Assembly: GCA_964204605.1 (NCBI GenBank)
Contig: OZ123195.1
Span: 419,357-483,356 of the forward strand
Direction: 5' to 3'
Source: Bacteroidota bacterium
GTDB lineage: Bacteria > Bacteroidota > Ignavibacteria > Kapaibacteriales > UBA961
Length of the DNA: 64,000 bases
The notes below the pieces were generated by a model. It was not told where the DNA came from and ran no database searches. It saw nothing but the letters and a program-made list of their open reading frames with translations. Position 1 is the first letter of the stretch. The number at the start of each line of letters is the position of its first letter. Both the position numbers and the translations under genes were made by a program. This document shows, piece after piece, positions 9,512-19,221 of this stretch.

Positions 9512-10612
9512 ATGTCTATTTTCTTTCTCATTGTTGCAGGACTATTTACAGTAAAAGCTTTGCTATTTATAGTTGCAGCTACATTAGAGCGTACAAAAGC
9601 AAGAAAAAGACCATCCAATCAATCATTGCTTAAAATATCGGTTATCGTTCCAGCTAGAAATGAAGAAGATAATCTTGCAATATGTTTACATTCTCTTCTA
9701 CAAAGTACATATCGCAATTATGATATTATTGTCGTAAATGATAGATCATCAGATAAAACAGGGGAAATAGCAAATACTTTTGCTGCTAAGTATCCACAAG
9801 TTACAGTTATACATGCAATAGAAGAAAGAGAAGGTAATCTTAAAGGCAAACCTGGTGCTTTACATTTAGGTATACTCCATTCTCACAGTGATATAATAAT
9901 GATGACAGATGCCGACTGTACGGTTGCAGACACATGGATAGAATCAATTGCAAAACAATTTAATAATCCCAATGTTGGATTAGTTGCTTCTTATACAGTG
10001 GTTCAAGGGGAATCATTTTTTCAACATATGCAAGACATGGAATGGCTAATGAATCATACATTAGCTTGTATTGGTGTTTCTTTAGACCAACCATTAGGAT
10101 GCTTTGGCAATAATTTATCGATTAGACTTGCTGTTTACCAACAGATAGGTGGCTATCCTGGCATTCCATTTTCAGTTACAGAAGATTTAACATTACTACA
10201 AACTGTTCATAAATCTGGATGGAAAATAATGTATCCATGCGATCAAGAATGTGCAGTTGAAACAAAACCATGCATAAATTGGTCTGATTTTATTAAGCAA
10301 CTTCATCGTTGGGTAAAGGGTTCAAATAGATTAGGTTGGAGAAAACATATTTTTGTTTTCTTTGCATTTATGTTCTGGGCTTTTTTAGCATATGCATTAT
10401 ATAATCATGCATGGAATGAGCTTATAATGATCTTGACTATTAGAATAATGGGAGACTATATTCTAGTTATACCATCATTGGCCGCACTTAAAAGAATGAA
10501 TAAAATTGCCTATGTATTTCCTGGAATGATCTTTATGATGATAATAGAAGCAGTTATTCCATTCTTATTCTTAAAGAAATCAGTTATATGGAAAGGGCAA
10601 AAATTCACCTAA
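9512..10612 (+). CDS. Family 2 glycosyltransferase with transmembrane helices
   Basis: VPARNEE, VNDRSSD, GKPGAL, TDAD, TED and QLHRW (QxxRW) motifs; C-terminal TM helices ending VIWKG. Confidence 0.9.
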   Translation: MSIFFLIVAGLFTVKALLFIVAATLERTKARKRPSNQSLLKISVIVPARNEEDNLAICLHSLLQSTYRNYDIIVVNDRSSDKTGEIANTFAAKYPQVTVIHAIEEREGNLKGKPGALHLGILHSHSDIIMMTDADCTVADTWIESIAKQFNNPNVGLVASYTVVQGESFFQHMQDMEWLMNHTLACIGVSLDQPLGCFGNNLSIRLAVYQQIGGYPGIPFSVTEDLTLLQTVHKSGWKIMYPCDQECAVETKPCINWSDFIKQLHRWVKGSNRLGWRKHIFVFFAFMFWAFLAYALYNHAWNELIMILTIRIMGDYILVIPSLAALKRMNKIAYVFPGMIFMMIIEAVIPFLFLKKSVIWKGQKFT

Positions 10613-10628
10613 AAAAGTAATTACTCTT

Positions 10629-12248
10629 TTAGGTGATCAATATTGATTTCTTATTCGATAAAGCAGCCTTCACAAAATCTATGAATAGTGGATGTCCTTT
10701 AACTGCTCGTGATTTATATTCAGGATGAAACTGAACACCAACAAACCAAGGATGATTTTTTAATTCAATAATTTCAATTAAAGTAGTATCAGGAGAAACA
10801 CCACTTAATTTCATACCGTATTGCTCTAATATAGTGCGATAAGCATTATTGAACTCATATCTGTGACGATGTCTTTCTTGGATAGATTCTGTACCATAAG
10901 CTGCATATGCTAAAGTACCTTTTCTGATATTACATGGATAAGAACCTAAACGCATTGTTCCACCCTTATCCGTGATATTTTTTTGCGAAGACATTAGATT
11001 AATTACCAAATTCTTTCCTTTTTTAAATTCTCCAGAATTTGCATCTTTCATATTAGCTACATTACGAGCAAATTCGATTACTGCGCATTGCATACCCAAG
11101 CAAATACCAAAAAATGGGATAGAATGTTCTCTAGAAAATCTAATTGCTTCAATTTTCCCTTCAATTCCTCTGTTTCCAAAACCGGGTGCAACCAGAATAC
11201 CATCCAAACCCTTTAAAGATTGAGCAGCATTGTTTTTTTGTATTGTTTCTGAATCTATCCAAACAATATCAACATTGGTATTATTAATAGCACCAGCATG
11301 AATCAGTGCCTCAAGAATACTTTTATACGAATCTTTAACTTGATTGTATTTACCAACTAAACCAATTGTGACAGAAAACTTAGGATTTTTAATACGAGTA
11401 ACAAATGTATTCCATGTTTCTAGATCAAGTTTTCCAACAGGCATACCAAATTTACGTAGAACAATTTGATCAAGGTTCTTTTTAGCAAGACTTATAGGAA
11501 CTTCATAGATAGTTTCTGCATCCATAACTTCAATTACTGAATCTTCTTCGACATTACAGAATAAGGCAATTTTTGAAGTAATTTCTTTATTTAATGGTAA
11601 TTCCGTTCTACATAACAAAATATCTGGTCTTATACCCATTTCCATAAGCAATTTAGCCGAATGTTGTGTCGGCTTTGTTTTTAACTCACCTGCAGATTTA
11701 ATATATGGAACATAGGTAAGATGAATATTCAATGTATTCTTGGGCCCTCTCTCTAGGCAAATTTGTCTAACGGTTTCCATGAAAGGTAAAGATTCTATAT
11801 CGCCTACAGTGCCCCCAATTTCTATGATAACGATATCATATTGCTTATCGAAAATTGTCATACGACGTTTAATTTCATCAGTTATATGAGGAATCACTTG
11901 AACTGTTTTTCCTAAATAACTACCTTCTCTTTCTTTTTGAATAACTTCAAAGTACACTTGCCCCGAAGATACACTATTATAACGTGTCCCAGATATATCT
12001 AAATATCGTTCATAATGGCCTAAATCTAAATCACATTCAGCACCATCATCAGTTACATATACTTCACCATGTTGTTGTGGACTCATTGTTCCTGGATCAA
12101 CATTAATATATGGATCAAATTTCATGATTGTTACTGATAATCCTCTTTGTTTTAACAATAAACCTAAAGAGGCCGAAGCAATTCCTTTTCCTAAAGAGGA
12201 AAGTACACCACCAGAAATGAATATAAACTTAGTTTTTTTAACTGCCAT
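10629..12248 (-). CDS. pyrG: CTP synthase
   Basis: [52 protein letters not shown]. Start [10 protein letters not shown] at 12248; the longer track start overlaps icd. Confidence 0.97.
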   Translation of the reverse strand: MAVKKTKFIFISGGVLSSLGKGIASASLGLLLKQRGLSVTIMKFDPYINVDPGTMSPQQHGEVYVTDDGAECDLDLGHYERYLDISGTRYNSVSSGQVYFEVIQKEREGSYLGKTVQVIPHITDEIKRRMTIFDKQYDIVIIEIGGTVGDIESLPFMETVRQICLERGPKNTLNIHLTYVPYIKSAGELKTKPTQHSAKLLMEMGIRPDILLCRTELPLNKEITSKIALFCNVEEDSVIEVMDAETIYEVPISLAKKNLDQIVLRKFGMPVGKLDLETWNTFVTRIKNPKFSVTIGLVGKYNQVKDSYKSILEALIHAGAINNTNVDIVWIDSETIQKNNAAQSLKGLDGILVAPGFGNRGIEGKIEAIRFSREHSIPFFGICLGMQCAVIEFARNVANMKDANSGEFKKGKNLVINLMSSQKNITDKGGTMRLGSYPCNIRKGTLAYAAYGTESIQERHRHRYEFNNAYRTILEQYGMKLSGVSPDTTLIEIIELKNHPWFVGVQFHPEYKSRAVKGHPLFIDFVKAALSNKKSILIT

Positions 12249-12298
12249 GATAATTTGCTGTTTTTTTGTAAAAATGTATGTTCTGAAATGATTGCTTA

Positions 12299-12342
12299 TA
12301 AAAAGAGAAGGAGACCCGAAGCCAATGTGATTTCGCGTCTCC
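12299..12342 (-). terminator. Probable intrinsic terminator of icd
   Basis: GGAGAC-C-CGAA...TTCG-C-GTCTCC hairpin followed on the minus strand by TTCTCTTTTT, just after the icd stop. Confidence 0.55.
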
Positions 12343-12363
12343 CTATAATGTTCGCGATATATA

Positions 12364-13632
12364 TTACATATGGCTAATAACTGCATCACCGAATTCTGAA
12401 CATTTCACTTCTGTTGCACCTTCCATCAAACGTGCGAAATCATATGTTACAGTTTTAGCAGTAATTGCACCATTCATACCTTTGATAATGAGATCGGCTG
12501 CTTCATTCCATCCTAAATATCTAAACATCATTTCACCAGATAGAATTACAGAGCCCGGATTTACTTTGTCTAAACCAGCATATTTTGGCGCTGTTCCATG
12601 AGTTGCCTCAAAAATAGCATAACCATTATCATAATTAATATTGGCCCCAGGTGCAATTCCAATACCTCCAACCTGAGCTGCTAGAGCATCACTGATATAG
12701 TCACCATTTAAATTCATTGTAGCAATAACGTCGTATTCTTCTGGCCTTGTTAATATCTGCTGCAAAAAAGCATCTGCTATTGAATCTTTAACAAGAATTT
12801 TATCTCCTGGTTTTCCTCCGCAATCATCCCAACCTACCGCTACATCGCTAAATTCTTCTCGAACTAATTCATAACCCCAATCACGAAATGCACCAGATGT
12901 AAATTTCATGATATTGCCTTTATGAACTAATGTTACACTACTTTTACCTTGGCTTAATGCGTATTTAAGCGCCGCTCTTATCAAACGTTTAGAGCCCGGA
13001 GCAGAAACTGGTTTGATGCCTAATCCAACTAAATCAGGAGCTTCTTGAGCAAAGCGAATCTTTTTATAAAATGCAGGAAATTCTGTGTGTAAGAAATCGA
13101 GCATTTTTTTTGCACCTGTACTACCAGCTTTGAACTCTATACCTGCATAAATATCTTCTGTATTTTCTCTAAAAATAACCATATCTACTTTTTCAGGATG
13201 CTTAACTGGCGAAGGTACTCCTTTAAAATATTTTATGGGCCTTAAGCATACATATAAATCCATCAACTGACGTAATGCCACGTTTATAGACGTTATGCCA
13301 CCTCCTACAGGAGTAGTTAAAGGGCCTTTGATGCCTACTATATATTCACGTAAAGCTGTTAATGTATCTTCTGGTAACCACGTATTTTCGCCATACACTG
13401 TATTCGATTTTTCACCAGCAAATACTTCAAACCATTCTATAGATTTTGTTCCACCATATGCTTTTGCTACAGCTGCATCCAATACTTTTACAGAAGCTGC
13501 CCAAATATCAGGGCCTGTTCCATCTCCTTCTATAAAAGGAATAATAGGATTATTAGGTACAATTAAACTGCCATCGGCACCAACTGTAATATTCTGACCT
13601 TTTGTAGGTGGAATTAATTTTAAATAGCTCAT
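12364..13632 (-). CDS. icd: NADP-dependent isocitrate dehydrogenase (dimeric, E. coli type)
   Basis: [46 protein letters not shown]; HGTAPKY and VTYDFAR carry the NADP-specificity residues. Confidence 0.96.
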   Translation of the reverse strand: MSYLKLIPPTKGQNITVGADGSLIVPNNPIIPFIEGDGTGPDIWAASVKVLDAAVAKAYGGTKSIEWFEVFAGEKSNTVYGENTWLPEDTLTALREYIVGIKGPLTTPVGGGITSINVALRQLMDLYVCLRPIKYFKGVPSPVKHPEKVDMVIFRENTEDIYAGIEFKAGSTGAKKMLDFLHTEFPAFYKKIRFAQEAPDLVGLGIKPVSAPGSKRLIRAALKYALSQGKSSVTLVHKGNIMKFTSGAFRDWGYELVREEFSDVAVGWDDCGGKPGDKILVKDSIADAFLQQILTRPEEYDVIATMNLNGDYISDALAAQVGGIGIAPGANINYDNGYAIFEATHGTAPKYAGLDKVNPGSVILSGEMMFRYLGWNEAADLIIKGMNGAITAKTVTYDFARLMEGATEVKCSEFGDAVISHM

Positions 13633-13666
13633 ATGTAGATCCAATCACGGGTAAAAAATCTTTTCA

Positions 13667-13674
13667 CAAAATTA
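13667..13674 (-). promoter_or_regulatory. TAnnTTTG-type promoter element for icd
   Basis: Minus strand TAATTTTG about 35 nt upstream of the icd ATG. Confidence 0.5.
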
Positions 13675-13728
13675 GAGATTTAACATGAATTGTACGCTGT
13701 TACTCTCTTTAAAAATCAAAAATATATA

Positions 13729-15873
13729 TTAGTGTATTGGTGTTTCAATTTGAATTTGAACTGTTCTTGAATAACTTCTGCCTTGGGGAGAATCATTATT
13801 ATATAAAAGGATATTACTACCCATAGGAATTATATCAGTTCTTGAATCAGGTATATCTAACTTTCTTTGTACTTCTAGACATCTTTTTTTAGTTAATTCT
13901 TGATTATAAAGTTTCTCACCTGTGATATCTGCATACCCTGTTATTATTACCTTTGAATTAGGCGAAATAAATGATTTAATAGTATTAATAATCTCTACAT
14001 TTTTTTTATCTAATTCAGCACTATTATGATCAAAAAGCAATAAGGAGAATCTATCAATTTTCTTGTCATCTTTAAATTCTTCTCTTTTCTTTTTAATAGT
14101 AAGTTGTTGTAATGTAATCTCTTTTTCAATGGTTTGCTCATTTCCATTTGTATCTAAAGCATGAAGTTTTACCTTAATCGGTTCCTCGGTTACAATAGAT
14201 TTATTTACTGGTATATCCCATATATATGGTTGATTCGGGATTTTACCTGTACCTTTATACATTTGAAACACAATACCATTTTGCATGATAGATATATCCC
14301 ACGATGCTAATGAATCTGAAGATGTTTCTAATGGATTAATCTCTAATAATGGAGGATTTGCCGATATCTCAATTGTTTTTTTAATGATTGGTTTTATAAG
14401 GGATAATGAATTTGATTCAATTTCTACTCTACTATTTTCAGCTTGTCCTAATGGATTTGTATTGCTAGAGGGCTTCTTAGGCAAAGTTCCAATAACTTTA
14501 TTAATTCTGGAATTAGGTATTGACCATGTATTATGTAAATACTTTGCTACTTCATTGGCTCTTTTTTCACTGATTCCTTCGATTGTATCTTTACCTGAAG
14601 TATTATTATTTCCTATGATCAATACAGATCCTTTTTCAGATTGCATTCTAAATCCAATAATATTTAACATGTCTTTGTAAATATTTAATGTCGATGAGGT
14701 AATATTATTCTCACTAAACGCTTTGGATTCAGCACTATTTAATACATGTTGAGAAGTTGATGATAATTCATATTCACCTTCATTAAAAAACACATAAGGC
14801 AGTAAAGGAAAAGTTTCTGTTGTTTCAATTTCTTCGATCTGAATAGTTGGGTCTTTTGTACGATTACCTTTTTTGTCTATGCCAGAGGTTTGCATAGATA
14901 ATGAAAGTGCCTTTTTAGCTTTGATGATGGGAATTTCTTTGATGTATGATTCCGACATATATATAGTTTGAATGATGGTATTGTCTATTACTTTTTCCTT
15001 TATTTCTGTAGATTTACGATCAATTCTATGCTGAATATTTGTAATACCTGATATCTGATGAATAATAGTATCTCTTTGATAGATAGTATCTTTTATGTAC
15101 AATTTTTCTTTTGTAGGAAGAATACCACTTTTGAATGATAAGCCCAATTGTAGAGTATTCACTTTCCAATCTAAGGTGCTTAAAGAAATAAATGGTAAAT
15201 GATAAGAGATATAAGGAGAAATAAACATATGATTAGAAATTGGCAGATCATAACTTATTGCAATATCACCACTTAATAGAATTTGTGAATATTCTGGGAT
15301 TATTCCATTTGCTTCATTTCTTACTCTTTTTGCATCTAAAAATGTGGCATTTGATGGACTAATGAGTGTTTCTTTTTGTTCGAAATTTGCACTCATTACA
15401 TAATATGCACCAACTGAAGCAGATAAGAATAATGAATTACTTATTTGATAAAGTAGGGAAGGCTGAATATGTATTTGTAATAAGTTCGCAACAATTGAAT
15501 GTTCTACAGTAATTGGGGCGCTAATTGTATCAAAAGGAGCATTGGGATTTCTAATAAATTGGAACCCAATATTTTCATTAGATAATAAAGTGCCACTGGG
15601 ATTATGAATACCTATTCTAAGGCCTGCATACAATGAATTATTAAGTGGAATTTGCAGAAGACCACCTATTGCATAACCTAAACCAGTTCCATTCTCAAAT
15701 TGTAAGCAACAATTTGGATAACCTTGTATTTCTTTAAAATTAGCATTATGAGTATTCATGTTTATACCAGCATAAGCACCCCAATACCAGGATGGTTTAT
15801 CTTGAGCATCAACTCGATAACATTGTATTAAAGCTAAAAGTAAGATTATTATTGTAATATGTTTCATGTGCAA
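13729..15873 (-). CDS. OmpA family protein: N-terminal beta-barrel plus two OmpA-C-like domains
   Basis: Signal peptide VDA-Q; barrel-like N-terminus; PYVFFNEGEYEL...SEKRANEVAKYL...NSRVEI and LFDHNSAEL...ITGYAD...NQELTKKR...SRTVQI. Confidence 0.8.
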   Translation of the reverse strand: MHMKHITIIILLLALIQCYRVDAQDKPSWYWGAYAGINMNTHNANFKEIQGYPNCCLQFENGTGLGYAIGGLLQIPLNNSLYAGLRIGIHNPSGTLLSNENIGFQFIRNPNAPFDTISAPITVEHSIVANLLQIHIQPSLLYQISNSLFLSASVGAYYVMSANFEQKETLISPSNATFLDAKRVRNEANGIIPEYSQILLSGDIAISYDLPISNHMFISPYISYHLPFISLSTLDWKVNTLQLGLSFKSGILPTKEKLYIKDTIYQRDTIIHQISGITNIQHRIDRKSTEIKEKVIDNTIIQTIYMSESYIKEIPIIKAKKALSLSMQTSGIDKKGNRTKDPTIQIEEIETTETFPLLPYVFFNEGEYELSSTSQHVLNSAESKAFSENNITSSTLNIYKDMLNIIGFRMQSEKGSVLIIGNNNTSGKDTIEGISEKRANEVAKYLHNTWSIPNSRINKVIGTLPKKPSSNTNPLGQAENSRVEIESNSLSLIKPIIKKTIEISANPPLLEINPLETSSDSLASWDISIMQNGIVFQMYKGTGKIPNQPYIWDIPVNKSIVTEEPIKVKLHALDTNGNEQTIEKEITLQQLTIKKKREEFKDDKKIDRFSLLLFDHNSAELDKKNVEIINTIKSFISPNSKVIITGYADITGEKLYNQELTKKRCLEVQRKLDIPDSRTDIIPMGSNILLYNNDSPQGRSYSRTVQIQIETPIH

Positions 15874-15887
15874 TGAACTATAAGTAT

Positions 15888-16358
15888 TTATTGTAAAACA
15901 GCATAATCTTCATAATCTATAACTAACTTTCTATAATCATCATGTATTCTTTCGGGTGCATTTGTGATCGGATTAAGATTAACTAGAACACCAGTTGCTT
16001 GTACAATTAATTTATTTTCTGGATAGGATAGAATGATTTGATCAAAAATGAGAGAAGAATTATGGATTTCTGAAACTCTTGTTAGAATGATATATGATTG
16101 ATCAAACTGAACTGGTGAAACATAAGTAATTTCATTTTTTGCGACAACAAATCGGTCTTTTGTAATGAATGTTTCGGAGTCAATAGATATTCCAATAGAC
16201 CTAAAATATTCAATTCTAGATTCTTCCAGCCAGTATATATATATGGCATTATGTACTATGTTTTGTCTATCAACTTCGAAGCTTTTTACTTTTCCAGTCA
16301 AACGATGTTTATATCTAGCACTATCAATTGTATGTTTTGGATTTTGTAATTGTTTCAT
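15888..16358 (-). CDS. Acyl-CoA thioesterase (4HBT/YbgC family)
   Basis: EVDRQNIVHNAIYIYWLEESR hot-dog-fold signature. Confidence 0.85.
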   Translation of the reverse strand: MKQLQNPKHTIDSARYKHRLTGKVKSFEVDRQNIVHNAIYIYWLEESRIEYFRSIGISIDSETFITKDRFVVAKNEITYVSPVQFDQSYIILTRVSEIHNSSLIFDQIILSYPENKLIVQATGVLVNLNPITNAPERIHDDYRKLVIDYEDYAVLQ

Positions 16359-16386
16359 ATTGAAGTAGGCTGTCTATTATAAAGTA

Positions 16387-17436
16387 TTATTGAGCTAATA
16401 CTTGTAAAGCTTCTACAGCAATTTGAGCTGCTTGTATAGTTTGATCTGTAGAAACTTGAAAATGAAATACGGCTCTTACACAATTGGAGCGTCCCATAGA
16501 TATAATAAGATGTCTTTTCTTACATTCATCAATAAAATCTAATGGTCTAATTCCTTGTAAACATTCAATAATTACAATATTCGTATCAACTTTTTGATTA
16601 CTATTAGCAATAGTGCATAATCCTGAATTTGCAATCATTTCTGCAAAAAGTCTAGCATTATGATGATCATTGTTTAGTAGTTTTCTATGGTGTTGTAAAG
16701 CATATAAACCTCCAGCTGCTAGGATGCCAGATTGCCTCATACCTCCACCTAATATTTTGCGCCATTTTCTTGCTAATTCTATGTGCTTTGTATTTCCTAA
16801 TAATACAGACCCAGCAGGAGATCCTAAACCTTTAGATAGGCACACTGATACAGTATCAAAATTCCGCGCATATTCATGTGGGGAAATACCAGTTTCTGCA
16901 CATGCATTCCAAATACGGGCTCCATCGCAATGAAATTTAATCTCTTTTTCTTTTAACATTTCTGAAACAGATTGAAGATATTCAAGTGATAATACAGTGC
17001 CTCCATGACGATTATGCGTTTGTTCTAAGCACACTAAACTTGTAGTGGGGAAATAATAGTCTGGTGGACGTATTGCTTCGGATATTGATTCTAAGGGGAT
17101 TTCACCATATTGTGAGGGTACACAATACATTTGAACTCCTGATATGATTGAAGGTGCAGATGTTTCATAATGGAATAAGTGTGATTGACTTTCTACAATA
17201 ATCTCATCACCTTTTTTTGTATGAATAGCCAATGCAATTTGATTACTCATAACTCCTGTTGGAACAAATAAGGCAGCTTCTTTTTGGAATATATCTGCAA
17301 TATATTCTTGCAAATGATTGATCGTTGGATCTTCACCATAAATATCATCGCCTACATCTGCTTGCGACATGCATATTCGCATTTCTTCGGTAGGTTTAGT
17401 AACAGTATCGCTTCTTAGATCAATAATATTGTGCAT
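16387..17436 (-). CDS. ltaE: Low-specificity L-threonine aldolase
   Basis: DLRSDTVT, VGDDIYGEDPT, HCDGARIWNA, CLSKGLG (PLP lysine), GGGMRQSG. Confidence 0.93.
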   Translation of the reverse strand: MHNIIDLRSDTVTKPTEEMRICMSQADVGDDIYGEDPTINHLQEYIADIFQKEAALFVPTGVMSNQIALAIHTKKGDEIIVESQSHLFHYETSAPSIISGVQMYCVPSQYGEIPLESISEAIRPPDYYFPTTSLVCLEQTHNRHGGTVLSLEYLQSVSEMLKEKEIKFHCDGARIWNACAETGISPHEYARNFDTVSVCLSKGLGSPAGSVLLGNTKHIELARKWRKILGGGMRQSGILAAGGLYALQHHRKLLNNDHHNARLFAEMIANSGLCTIANSNQKVDTNIVIIECLQGIRPLDFIDECKKRHLIISMGRSNCVRAVFHFQVSTDQTIQAAQIAVEALQVLAQ

Positions 17437-18312
17437 TTATCTATCATCCTGAGCTTTTTGATAAATGCTATTATTTGCGGGATCTAATATGCCTAAAATC
17501 GTAAATAGATCAGGATCATCATACCCTTTAAAGATATCTGCTATCTCCATGAATTTTGCATTTAAAAAATAATCCAATAAAGTACTTCTCATTGTTACTT
17601 TTTTTTGTTTAAATGTTTTCATAGAAGTAATAATGGTTGCCATAACTTTTTTCCCAGAAACTTTATCTTTTTCTATGGCTTCTAATCCATCAAAATGATA
17701 GGAGAATATTAGTTTTCTAAAGTCTTCAAATACCATGTCAGTTAACTCAGTTACTAATCCTATCTTTGATGGAACAGAGGGGTCGGGAGTCATTGTATAT
17801 CCTGATGCATTCACAGCAGCCCCATTACGACAAATTAACTTCGCTTTTTCATAATATGGTGTACCTTCTAATTCCCCATATGTATCCAAAAATAAGCCCA
17901 TTGCAGTAAGCATATAATAATCAATAGGGGAGGATAAACTATTAAATCTATTGTTTTGATATGAGAGTGCTGCACCAGGAGCATACTCAAAAGACCAATT
18001 CTTTTCGATTGATTTCATTAAAACTGATTTAGCTCCATTTTCTAATAGAGTATAGCTTAATACTGTTAAAATAGCTGAATATGTGTTATTTGAGGCTTTT
18101 CCAGTAACAGTAATACCAATATCAACTGGAACTTTAGGCTTTTCCCAATCTTGATCAGCATATTTTTGTGTTGATAAATAATTAATAATATCAGATTTCA
18201 GATTTTGAATATCTATCCTACTATCAAAAGGTATATTATTTAAATCAACATTGACTTGAAATTGAATTTCTTGTGCATGTAAAGTACTTAGAAAAGTAAG
18301 TGCATAATACAT
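17437..18312 (-). CDS. DUF4835 family protein (T9SS PorD-like)
   Basis: LHA-QEIQFQVNV start, W.FEY..G, GLFLDTYGELEGTPYY.KA, YHFDGL and C-terminal LDPANNSIY resemble DUF4835. Start uncertain (18312 or 18348). Confidence 0.7.
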   Translation of the reverse strand: MYYALTFLSTLHAQEIQFQVNVDLNNIPFDSRIDIQNLKSDIINYLSTQKYADQDWEKPKVPVDIGITVTGKASNNTYSAILTVLSYTLLENGAKSVLMKSIEKNWSFEYAPGAALSYQNNRFNSLSSPIDYYMLTAMGLFLDTYGELEGTPYYEKAKLICRNGAAVNASGYTMTPDPSVPSKIGLVTELTDMVFEDFRKLIFSYHFDGLEAIEKDKVSGKKVMATIITSMKTFKQKKVTMRSTLLDYFLNAKFMEIADIFKGYDDPDLFTILGILDPANNSIYQKAQDDR

Positions 18313-18366
18313 ACATGAAATAACAAGAGTTTGTCTTATTTTAAACATAATAATCAGGGGTTTTAT

Positions 18367-19203
18367 ATGAGTGTCAGTATTATACGTACTGCTAAAATAC
18401 TATGCATAGTTGCTCATAGCAACTTTTTTATTTTGTTTGATTGCTATAGTCAAATTGGCCATTTTTCTTTATATGAATCTAACCTTTCTAATATTATGAA
18501 TACTCATCACAAATTCTGGGAAGCACATGATTCACTTAATAATCTCCCTTTATATTCTTTTGGATGTACGATTAGCCCTCAATCCTCTGGCATAGCACAA
18601 TTAACCCCTTATACGATTAATGCTTATATAATTCCTCATAATGATATCAAAATCGAATCTTCAATAACTTCAATATATTCACAACTCTATAATGAAATAA
18701 CACCTAGTATAGTATGTAAATGGCAATCACCAATCGAACAAACTGATATTCTTTTCGGCTTAAGTAGTACGTATATGCATATAGGTGATGAACAGTATTT
18801 TATTGATGGACCTTACTTTTTAACAGGAGGTATTACTCATATATCTCCATGGTTAAGCTCTAAATTAATATGTATACAATCTTTACAACCAGATAATAAC
18901 ATTCTTTATCAACCTTCTATGCCTCAGTATTCTATCGGAATTAATTCTGATATTACTGATAATTTTTACATTGAAACTGACATTTTGATTCTTCAAGCAA
19001 TTACGGGTTTAAGAATATGTGCTGTCATGGGATTAACACCAGATATTGTTTTACGAACTACATATTCAGTACCTTTGCAATCATTAGATATACGGATTGA
19101 TTTTTTTCAAGCCCCTTCATTAATAGTAAAAGGATTAATTCGCATCCAAAGTTTGTTTGGAAATTCCTATTCTATTAATATTGAAAGTGCTGATATATTT
19201 TGA
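18367..19203 (+). CDS. Hypothetical protein, possibly an outer-membrane beta-strand-rich protein
   Basis: Long ORF filling the gap before the HD gene; alternating hydrophobic strands; no recognisable motif; start uncertain. Confidence 0.45.
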   Translation: MSVSIIRTAKILCIVAHSNFFILFDCYSQIGHFSLYESNLSNIMNTHHKFWEAHDSLNNLPLYSFGCTISPQSSGIAQLTPYTINAYIIPHNDIKIESSITSIYSQLYNEITPSIVCKWQSPIEQTDILFGLSSTYMHIGDEQYFIDGPYFLTGGITHISPWLSSKLICIQSLQPDNNILYQPSMPQYSIGINSDITDNFYIETDILILQAITGLRICAVMGLTPDIVLRTTYSVPLQSLDIRIDFFQAPSLIVKGLIRIQSLFGNSYSINIESADIF

Positions 19204-19221
19204 AAAGAATAACAGATTATT

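Noticed and set aside
12249-12389. 47-aa N-terminal extension of PyrG in the ORF track
   Set aside because: It overlaps the icd stop and terminator; homology starts at [10 protein letters not shown] (12248).
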